This document shows, piece after piece, positions 55,122 to 64,000 of a stretch of 64,000 nt of DNA. This DNA is from an uncultured Actinomycetes bacterium (lineage in GTDB: Bacteria > Actinomycetota > Thermoleophilia > RBG-16-64-13): the NCBI GenBank assembly GCA_963706025.1, contig CAVPLM010000003.1, forward strand, positions 704,001 to 768,000, in the 5' to 3' direction. How positions within the stretch are numbered: the stretch's first letter is position 1; every line of letters starts with the position of its first letter. A program made the translations under genes and the position numbers. Below the pieces are notes generated by a model. The model ran no database searches. It worked only from the letters and a program-made list of their open reading frames with translations, and was not told the origin of the DNA.

Positions 55122-55340
55122 ACTCAAGACCAGTGACCAAGGCCGCGAGAGCCGGCCATGCTGACCCCGGCCCAGTACCTCACGTCCGCGGGGAGGAAGT
55201 CTTTGGTGCTGCTCTACGTCCGCTGAGACTGGCCGCACCACTCCAGGATGATGTACGGGTTCCAGTAGGCCTCACGACCGCGTGGTTTTGGTCGCTGGCG
55301 ACTGGTACACCATAGGACACCCGGGGAGTTTTTTTGGCGA

Positions 55341-57149
55341 CTAGCCCATTCTCCCTGCGACAGCCCGCCTAGCCTGGAATTCGGCCATGGAAGCGGACTC
55401 CCGACGCCGCACCCGCCCGGACGTGTCGAGCGGAAGCACGTTGAGAATATCGAGTAGCGACCGATGAAGTGTATGCTTCGCCGCTTTTTCCACGAGTCTG
55501 GATTTCGGCCTGAATGCCACTGAAAGCCCGGCCTCCCTGAGCATGCAGATGTCGTTGACCCCATCACCCACGGCCAGCGTACTCTCCGACACCAGACCGG
55601 CCGTCTCGGCCAAGTGGCGCATCACGTTCGCCTTGCACAGGGGGTGCAGCCGGCACCCATCGGGGTCGACCATCGCCGACGAAAGGGAGACTTCCCCGGT
55701 CGCCGCGCCCTTCTGGAAATGCAGGACGTGGGCCACACAGAAGTCGGCAAACACTCGGCGGCGCACTATCTCCGCCGCAACGTAGAAGCTGTCGGTCACT
55801 ATGCCCACGGTGTACCCGGCCTCTCGCAGCCTTATCACGGCCTCGATGGCGCCCTCCATCAGCGGCATTGCTTCGGCTGTCTCCTCGAAGACTCGCTGGG
55901 ACACGCCCACAAGCAGGGATGCGATGAGCCGGGTCCGATCTACGTCCGACAGGCTCTGGTTGTCCAGAAAACGTTCTAACTCCGAGCGCGCACCGATACG
56001 ATCGGCCACCTCCAAAACGAACCGGCCATCCAGCAAGACCCCATCCATGTCGAGGAGAGCGAACTTTTGGACGCTCTCGAGGTCGTCGACGGCAGGAAGA
56101 ACCTCGGCTCTTGCTCGGCGCTCCACTTCCTCCATAGCACGCACCTGGTTGATACTCAGGCGCTCGTATCGCCAAGCACGATCGAGGATCACTCGGGTGA
56201 CCTGCTTGGCCATCTGCCCCAATGCGTCGAGCGACTGGCTCTCGTGGTCGATCCAGCCAATATCCACCTCTACCGCCCGCGCGCCCTTGCTCACCGCGTC
56301 GATGAGTAGACCCACGTCGGCGCCGAAGTCATTCTCCAGCCGAACGTTCCGAAGCACCGAGCGCCGAACAGCGACGATCCCACCGAGCGGCTGATCAAAA
56401 CCCGCTAGCTCAGGAAAGAAAGCCCCGAGGAGAGGGCGGGCGGTAAGGACAGTCTCGCGTCCAGCGTCGCGGGTGAACTTGGCCTTGACGAAATCCGCCT
56501 CTCCGTCGAGGATCGGGGCGACCATCTTCTGCGCGAAATCTTCCCGGATCTCGAGAAGGTCACCGTCCAGAAAGAGCACTATCTCCCCGGTAGAAGCTTG
56601 TATGCCATCCGTCATGGACGCGCCTTTGCCAAGCGAAGAGCTCATCATCGTATGGGCACCTTCGCGTGAAGCGACCTCCGCCGTGCCATCGGTAGACCCG
56701 TCGTCTACGACCAGAACCTCGCCCACGGTTGGATGGCGCTGCACGAGTCGGACCAAGTGACCTATTGTCTTCGCCTCATTTAGGACCGGGATTACCACGG
56801 AAACCGACCCTGCGCCCTTACCGTTCGGGTTGTCGCCATCTTCATGTTCTAGGCGGCGTTCACCGGGAATCATCTCAAGGCGAGAGGGGCCACCGTTATT
56901 GCTGCCTATCTGATCAGCCCTGGCTAAGCCAACATTCGTAAGGGCAATGTGGCCGAGAGTTGACCACGCCACTATGCCGCGACGAACCCAGAAGTCACAG
57001 AAATGGTCTGCATCGTCGTCAGAGAGGGCGAGCTGTTCCTGGAGCTCGGTGTACGATACGCCAGTCTTTGCCTTGCCATCCGCCAGCTCGTAGATGGCTC
57101 GCAAGTACCGCTGCTCTGCTTGACCGATCACTTCTTCAGGTCTCATCAC
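55341..57149 (-). CDS. Fusion: N-terminal winged-helix-like domain + glucosyl-3-phosphoglycerate synthase-like glycosyltransferase + SerB-like HAD-IB phosphatase
   Basis: VVIPVLNE, DDGSTD, FLDGD, ARPLL..FPEL..QPLGG, GLLID, HESQ..LGQMA; then LDMDGVL, VTDSF, CKANV, AVGDGVND. Confidence 0.85.
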   Translation of the reverse strand: MMRPEEVIGQAEQRYLRAIYELADGKAKTGVSYTELQEQLALSDDDADHFCDFWVRRGIVAWSTLGHIALTNVGLARADQIGSNNGGPSRLEMIPGERRLEHEDGDNPNGKGAGSVSVVIPVLNEAKTIGHLVRLVQRHPTVGEVLVVDDGSTDGTAEVASREGAHTMMSSSLGKGASMTDGIQASTGEIVLFLDGDLLEIREDFAQKMVAPILDGEADFVKAKFTRDAGRETVLTARPLLGAFFPELAGFDQPLGGIVAVRRSVLRNVRLENDFGADVGLLIDAVSKGARAVEVDIGWIDHESQSLDALGQMAKQVTRVILDRAWRYERLSINQVRAMEEVERRARAEVLPAVDDLESVQKFALLDMDGVLLDGRFVLEVADRIGARSELERFLDNQSLSDVDRTRLIASLLVGVSQRVFEETAEAMPLMEGAIEAVIRLREAGYTVGIVTDSFYVAAEIVRRRVFADFCVAHVLHFQKGAATGEVSLSSAMVDPDGCRLHPLCKANVMRHLAETAGLVSESTLAVGDGVNDICMLREAGLSVAFRPKSRLVEKAAKHTLHRSLLDILNVLPLDTSGRVRRRESASMAEFQARRAVAGRMG

Positions 57150-57774
57150 TCCGCCTTTCCCGCGACAAGGGGTAACGTGTCACGTACGGTTGGGGTGATA
57201 GCCAGCAAGACTGAGCTGACCGTAAGTAATCTGTTGCTTCAATGTTAGCAACCAATGCCTGACCAAAGCCTGAACACAGCTTATGGAGCAGCTACAGATC
57301 CCGCCAGAGCTAGACCGGGGCAACACACAATCGACGCTGGAGAGAAGGAACTTCTTGCGCCGGTGACTCACGTGGCGACGTAGTGCCCGTCGGACAGCGC
57401 TTATGATCTTCATGGCGGCGAAACGCGCACGGGTGACGGACTTGGCTGGACCCGCAGCCACCCGGCCTGGGTATACCGCGAGTCTCAGGCGCTTAGAATG
57501 GTCTCAAGGTGGCAGGGGAGGTGCTGGGACCAACTTGTGTGTGACAGTCCGTCCCAGACCTGCATATAGAGGAGCAAGTTGGGTCAGTTCACGCAGTGGG
57601 ACGGTCAGCCGAGGGCACTCGAAGGCAAAGAAGCCGAAGGCGTGAAGCTCGTACAAAGAGGGGAGGAGACGTACCTGGTGCGGCAGCAGGTCGCCAGCAA
57701 GTAGTTGTCACACCGTGCCGAGGGGCGATCTTTTGGCTCTGCCCTCGCCGCCCGAGGCGAATAAGGGCGCTCTC

Positions 57775-58755
57775 CTAGAGGCTTGATGTGATTTAGCGGC
57801 CATCATAGATGGCAAGAGCGCGGGCGGGGCGATGGGCGAGAGTATTGAGCAGCATTCCGATGGTAAGAGCGAGGATCCGTTGAGCGATACGCATGGCAAG
57901 ACCTGCCGGGGTGCGAGCCAGGTGCTGTTCGAGCCGCATCTGGCCTTTCAAGTTGGCAAAGACGCTTTCGATCACCAGGCGAGTGGAGGCAAGGGCCCGC
58001 TCCCGGCCGCTGTTTTCAGGTGTGCGCACCTTGGCCGGCGTGAGCAGTCTCACCCCCTCGGCCGCCAGCCTTTCCTCGTAGCTTTCGCCCCAGAAGCCCT
58101 TGTCGGCCACCACCACCTCGGCTGGCGTTCCGGAAAGCAGATCGGCCAAGGGCTCCCGCTCCTTCTCGTTTGCGGGCACCACGGTATAGCCCGAGGGGCA
58201 GACCGCGCAGATCGGTGAGAAGCACGAGGCGCACTCCCCAGAGGTAGCGGTGCTGGGATTTGGCATAGCCGTAGCGGGCAAAGCCCCGGAAACGGCTGCG
58301 CTGCTCACATCCGGGATAGCCGGCCACAGCCAGCGCCGTGCCGTCGGCCAGGCGCACTCGGCCCAGATCGATAAGGCGGGCCAACCGTTCCTGCACGATG
58401 CTGATGAGCCCCACCAGGCTACGCAGCCGGCGGTTGTACTGGGACTGGTCAGGCAGGTGGGGAAACCAGCCCGGCAGCCTATGCGAGACCAGCCCCAGGA
58501 ACTGCCGATCGGAGCTGATGCCCATGGCCGCCTGGGCCACCGAAAGGGCGACCAGCTCGGCATCGGTTATGAGCGGCGGTCTTCCGTAGGTAAAAGGGAC
58601 TCCGTACTCATCGGCGAAAAGGTAAGCTGCAACGACGAGGGCTTCCAGATCAAGCGTCATCTCGAGCCTCCATCTCGAGGGGACATGTCTGGAAGCCCTT
58701 CGTCATCAATGAGCGGGACCCTGCCCGCCCGCGCTGTTTCACATCAAGCCTCTAG
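57775..58755 (-). mobile_element. IS982-family-like insertion sequence (981 bp including both CTAG)
   Basis: Perfect 17-bp inverted repeats ctagaggcttgatgtga (57775-91) / tcacatcaagcctctag (58739-55) flanking a DDE transposase. Confidence 0.9.
57793..58660 (-). CDS. IS982-family DDE transposase, frameshift near 58190
   Basis: GRPPLITDAEL, FPHLPDQSQYNRRLR, ADGT, YGY, ADKGF, RLVIESVFANLKGQMRLE. Confidence 0.88.
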
Positions 58756-58801
58756 CTGAAGATAGCCTGCAATCGAAGCAAGACAAGCACTCCAGAGCGT
58801 C

Positions 58802-58830
58802 TTGACGTTATGACGGTAATGATGAATACT
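58802..58830 (+). promoter_or_regulatory. SigA-type promoter of the TA operon
   Basis: TTGACG (58802-07), 17-bp spacer, AATACT (58825-30); ATG 6 nt downstream. Confidence 0.65.
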
Positions 58831-58836
58831 GGTGTC

Positions 58837-59070
58837 ATGACTCAGGCATTGAGAAGGAGCACGATCTACCTGGATCCGGAGCTGCATAGGGCGCTCAGGA
58901 TCAAAGCCGCGGAGACCGACCGTTCTATCTCCGATTTGATCAGCAACGCAGTTAAGTCCGCCTTGGCCGAGGATGCCGAGGATCTCGAAGCGTTCGAAGA
59001 GCGTGCTTCAGAGCCCGACCTTCTGTTCGAGACCGTGGTGAGGGCTCTGAAGGCGGATGGGAAGATATAG
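58837..59070 (+). CDS. CopG/ribbon-helix-helix antitoxin
   Basis: RRSTIYLDPELHRALRIKAAETDRSISDLI, acidic C-terminus; overlaps toxin. Confidence 0.9.
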   Translation: MTQALRRSTIYLDPELHRALRIKAAETDRSISDLISNAVKSALAEDAEDLEAFEERASEPDLLFETVVRALKADGKI

Positions 59071-59317
59071 GGTCTTCATCAAGCCCTCCGCCGTCCGCGA
59101 GATCGAGGGGATCGCTGAAACGAAGCAGCGACAACAGATCGTCGCAAAGATCGAGGCCTTGAGTGACGACCCCCGCCCGCCGGGCTGCGAGAAGCTGACC
59201 GGCCGGGAGCAGTACCGCGTACGGCAAGGCGTCTATCGGATCGTCTACGCGATCGAGGACGACCGCCTCGTGGTGTACGTGGTCAAGGTGGGTCATCGAA
59301 GCAGCGTCTACCGGTAG
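59057..59317 (+). CDS. RelE/ParE family toxin
   Basis: DDPRPPGCEKL, YRVRQGVYRIVY, VKVGHRSSVYR. Confidence 0.93.
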   Translation: MGRYRVFIKPSAVREIEGIAETKQRQQIVAKIEALSDDPRPPGCEKLTGREQYRVRQGVYRIVYAIEDDRLVVYVVKVGHRSSVYR

Positions 59318-59394
59318 ACACCTTCGGCGAATCGGATTGCGCCGTGGCTATGAACCCGACACATCCTGAACCAGCACGTGGCGCTGTATCCGGG

Positions 59395-60942
<1,548 letters not shown>

Positions 60943-60952
60943 CTAACGGACC

Positions 60953-61645
60953 ATGAGCATCGACACGGTCATCTTCGATCTGGACGGCGTCATCCTCGAC
61001 ACCGAGCAGGTGTGGCACACCGTACGTCGTGATTTCGCCTTGGCCCACGGCGGCCACTGGGACGAGCGTGACCAGCCTGCCGTCATGGGAGCCAACTCCA
61101 TGCAGTGGGCGGCGTACATGCGCGAGCAGAGCGGCGTGCACCTGTCCGACCAAGAGATCTACGACGCGGTAATCGGCGCACTGCGCGAATGGTATGCCCG
61201 AGACCTACCGCTGGTCCCCGGGGCCCGGGAGGCGATAGTCGGCCTGGCCTCGGAGTATCGCCTGGGCGTGGCCTCGTCGTCTCCGAGGGAGCTCATCGAA
61301 GACGCTCTGGAGCTGGCCGGCCTGCGCTCGCACTTCGAGGCCGTGGTCTCCTCGGATGAAGTACCGCGGGGTAAGCCTGCGCCCGACGTGTATCTGGAAG
61401 CGTGCGCTCGGCTTGGGGCGTCCCCCCAGCATTCGGCGGCGGTGGAAGACTCGTCGAGCGGGCTTCAGGCCGCGGCCGCGGCCGGCCTAGCGGTCATCGC
61501 CGTGCCAAACCTGGACTTCCCACCATCGACCGACGCGATGAGGGCGGCTGACTTAGTCCTGGGCTCGATCGCCGAGCTAACCGCCGAGGTGGTGGCATCT
61601 CTCAGACCGGGGGAAGAAAGACGAGGGGGAGATGGTGGCAGATAG
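60953..61645 (+). CDS. HAD-IA family phosphatase (CbbY/beta-PGM-like)
   Basis: IFDLDGVILDTE, VASSS, GKPAPDVY, VEDSSSG. Confidence 0.92.
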   Translation: MSIDTVIFDLDGVILDTEQVWHTVRRDFALAHGGHWDERDQPAVMGANSMQWAAYMREQSGVHLSDQEIYDAVIGALREWYARDLPLVPGAREAIVGLASEYRLGVASSSPRELIEDALELAGLRSHFEAVVSSDEVPRGKPAPDVYLEACARLGASPQHSAAVEDSSSGLQAAAAAGLAVIAVPNLDFPPSTDAMRAADLVLGSIAELTAEVVASLRPGEERRGGDGGR

Positions 61646-62021
61646 GGATTCTCTGGACGAGTTCCTGAAAGGGCAGCGCTGGGCCGTGGTAGGGGCCTCG
61701 GCAGACAGGACCAAGTTCGGGAACATCACCCTCCGCGAGCTGCAGAGCCGGGGAAAGCAGGTATACCCTGTCAACAAGAGGTCGAAGAAGATCGAGGGCG
61801 AGACCTGCTATCCGAGTTTGTCGGCGCTGCCGGAACCGGTGGACAGGGTCCTGCTCGTGGTGCCTCCGAAGCAGAGCGAGGCTGTGGTGAAAGAGGCGGC
61901 CGAGGTCGGCATCGACAGCGTGTGGTTCCAGCCGGGAGCGGAGTCTGAGGCTGCCCTCGCCTACTGCGAGGCCCACGGTATGGTGGCGGTCTCGGGCCGC
62001 TGCATCCTGAGGACGTTCTGA
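61632..62021 (+). CDS. CoA-binding protein (YccU-like)
   Basis: AVVGAS, YPVN, CYPSL, WFQPGAES. Confidence 0.92.
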   Translation: MVADRDSLDEFLKGQRWAVVGASADRTKFGNITLRELQSRGKQVYPVNKRSKKIEGETCYPSLSALPEPVDRVLLVVPPKQSEAVVKEAAEVGIDSVWFQPGAESEAALAYCEAHGMVAVSGRCILRTF

Positions 62022-62131
62022 CCCGGAGCTGCTCTGACCCGGGTGCCGGCGGAGCCGGGTGCTGCGGGGGAGCGGCCGGAGCCTGGTCCCAGGGTCCCGG
62101 TCCCCGATCGCGGCGGGGATTCCCGCTGGAT

Positions 62132-63454
62132 TCAGGCCACTATGACGGCGCGGAAATCATTGACGTTGGTGCGGGTAGGGCCGGTAACCAAGAGATCGCC
62201 GAGCCTCTGAAAGAAGCCGTAGCTGTCGTTGGCCTCCAGGAACGTCCCCGGGTCGACGCCGGCGGCCGCTGCCCGCTTCAAGGTGTCCGGACACAGAAAC
62301 GCTCCGGCGTTCTCCTCGGTGCCGTCGATGCCGTCCGTATCGGCGGCCAGGGCGAAGATGCTCGGGGTGGCCTCCTCGGCTGAGCGTAGGGCAAGGGCCA
62401 ACGCAAGGAGATACTCGGTGTTGCGGCCCCCGCGTCCCCGGCCCTTCACCGTGACCGTGGTCTCACCGCCGGACAGGAGGACCACAGGGTCCTCCCTCTT
62501 ACGGCGCCTTTGCGCGAGCCGGACGCCCCGGACGAGGTCGGCATGGGAGGCGGCCAATTCGCGAGCTTCACCCTGCAGGTCGGCGCCAAGCACCATCGGG
62601 ACAAGACCGGCGGCGCGCGCCCGTTCGGCCGCCGCCTCCAGGGCCTTACCTGGAGTAGCAAGCAGGAGCACCTCGCCACGCGCCAGCCTCGGATCACCGG
62701 GTTTGGGCGTCTCCTCACCGCCTTCCTGCAGATGGCGGTGCACCGCCGGGGGGAGGCGGAGGTGGTACTGCTCGATCACTGCCCGCGCGTCCGCGAACGT
62801 GGTGGGATCGGCGACTGTCGGGCCGGATGCGATAGCGGTGGGGTCGTCCCCGGGCACATCGGAGATGAGGAAGGTGAAGACCCGCGCGGGGGCGCAGGCT
62901 GCTCCCAGCCGTCCGCCTGCGATGGCGGATAGGTGCTTGCGCACGCAGTTGATCTGCGCGATCGGGACTCCGGAGCGTAGCAGCTGCCGGTTCGCCTCCA
63001 GGAGTTGCGCGAGGGTCAGACCGGGTGCAGGCAGCGTCAGCAAGGCCGACCCACCCCCGCTGAACAGCGCCAGAACCAGGTCATCCTGGGTAAGGTCCCG
63101 CGTGAGTCGCAACATGCGTCTGGCCGCCTCCTCTCCCACACCGTCCGGGAACGGGTGGCCGGCCTCGATCACCTCCACCGTCCGGCACGGGAGACCGTGG
63201 CCGTAGCGGGTCACGACCAGACCCGAGAGAGGGGCCGTCCAGTGATCCTCCACGGTCTTGGCCATGGCCGCGGCCGCCTTCCCCGCCCCCAGCACGAGGG
63301 TGCGACCCCGGGGTGGAGAGGGTAGGATGGAAGGCAAATGCCGATCCGGTGCCGCTGCCTCCACCATCGCGTCGAAGAGGCCACGCAGGAGTTCCCGGGC
63401 ACGGCCTGGAACCATGATGCGGGTAGAGTTGAGAGGGGGTTGTTCCATCCTCAC
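62132..63454 (-). CDS. Glycerate kinase type 2 (TtuD/MOFRL family)
   Basis: GAGKAA, SGGGSAL, RKHLSAIAGG, SDVPGDD, IASGPT, GGETTV, GRGGRN, DTDGIDG, TGPTRTNVND. Confidence 0.94.
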   Translation of the reverse strand: MRMEQPPLNSTRIMVPGRARELLRGLFDAMVEAAAPDRHLPSILPSPPRGRTLVLGAGKAAAAMAKTVEDHWTAPLSGLVVTRYGHGLPCRTVEVIEAGHPFPDGVGEEAARRMLRLTRDLTQDDLVLALFSGGGSALLTLPAPGLTLAQLLEANRQLLRSGVPIAQINCVRKHLSAIAGGRLGAACAPARVFTFLISDVPGDDPTAIASGPTVADPTTFADARAVIEQYHLRLPPAVHRHLQEGGEETPKPGDPRLARGEVLLLATPGKALEAAAERARAAGLVPMVLGADLQGEARELAASHADLVRGVRLAQRRRKREDPVVLLSGGETTVTVKGRGRGGRNTEYLLALALALRSAEEATPSIFALAADTDGIDGTEENAGAFLCPDTLKRAAAAGVDPGTFLEANDSYGFFQRLGDLLVTGPTRTNVNDFRAVIVA

Positions 63455-63489
63455 GATGGTCTCACGAATGGAGAGGACTTGGGTCTCAG

Positions 63490-63915
63490 ATGGTGCGCGT
63501 GACTGAGGACCTGGAGATCGCGGACGGGGAGCTTTCCTTTGCCACGTCTCGGAGCAGCGGTCCTGGGGGTCAGAACGTCAACAAGGTGAACACCCGTGTC
63601 ACCTTGCTGTTCGATCTGGAGGGATCGGCCTCCCTGTCGGCGCAGCAGCGTGCGCTGCTGCGCCACCGACTTCCCGGGCGGATCAACAAGGAGGGCGTTC
63701 TGCGGGTGGTGTCCCAACGCCACCGCACGCAACTGGCGAACCGGGACGCCGCGGTGGAGCGGTTCGTTGAACTCGTCAGAGCTGCCCTGACCGAGGCGCC
63801 GGAGCGCATATCGGTAACTCCGCCGGACCAGGCGAATGAGAGACGCTTGGAGGCGAAGCGGCGGCGGAGCCGCGTCAAGCGGGAGCGGTCTGTAGGTGTC
63901 GACACGGAAGACTGA
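63490..63915 (+). CDS. arfB: Alternative ribosome rescue factor B (peptidyl-tRNA hydrolase)
   Basis: SSGPGGQNVNKVNT, RTQLANR, basic C-terminal tail RRLEAKRRRS. Confidence 0.95.
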   Translation: MVRVTEDLEIADGELSFATSRSSGPGGQNVNKVNTRVTLLFDLEGSASLSAQQRALLRHRLPGRINKEGVLRVVSQRHRTQLANRDAAVERFVELVRAALTEAPERISVTPPDQANERRLEAKRRRSRVKRERSVGVDTED

Positions 63916-64000
63916 CGGCGGCTGCGCGCGCCACCTGCGCCGGCCACCTGCTTGCGCCGCCTGGGTGTGCCGCCCGCCCGCCGGCCGGTGACGAAGCTGG

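Overview
High-GC bacterial chromosome segment, mostly core housekeeping genes on the + strand. Actinobacterial-type gene order mixed with Firmicutes-like traits (pgpH, dgkA-PAP2, DUF1385, frameshifted prfB) suggests a deep-branching Actinomycetota lineage such as Thermoleophilia (inference). Order: rplM-rpsI, an ornithine/lysine-racemase-like gene, glmS, acpS/nnr, CBS protein, cca, rpmE-thyX-DUF1385-prfA-prmC/tsaC, glyA-dCMP deaminase, F1Fo operon, murA, two LCP paralogs, a PNP-like gene-ahcY-mtnA, NDP-sugar transferase, comF-hpf-secA-prfB-ftsEX-ctpA, rsmE-HIT-yqeY-phoH-pgpH-ybeY-dgkA-cdd-like-GNAT-deoC-recO. An accessory segment of about 11.5 kb follows (PIN and MFS remnants, small ORFs, PRC-barrel protein, cation:proton antiporter-ybdK, otsB-otsA, a wHTH-GpgS-HAD fusion, an IS982-like element, an RHH-RelE toxin-antitoxin pair), then guaB, a HAD hydrolase, a CoA-binding protein, glycerate kinase and arfB. 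Many single-base frameshifts in essential genes look like long-read assembly errors; the prfB frameshift is programmed. Most notable: (1) three intact nucleoside-catabolism ORFs (PNP-like, Cdd-like, DeoC) that have each lost catalytic residues; (2) repeated apparent CUG initiation, conserved between two paralogs; (3) a compatible-solute island with a three-domain regulator-like/synthase/phosphatase protein. All family calls are from motif recognition by eye; no searches were run.
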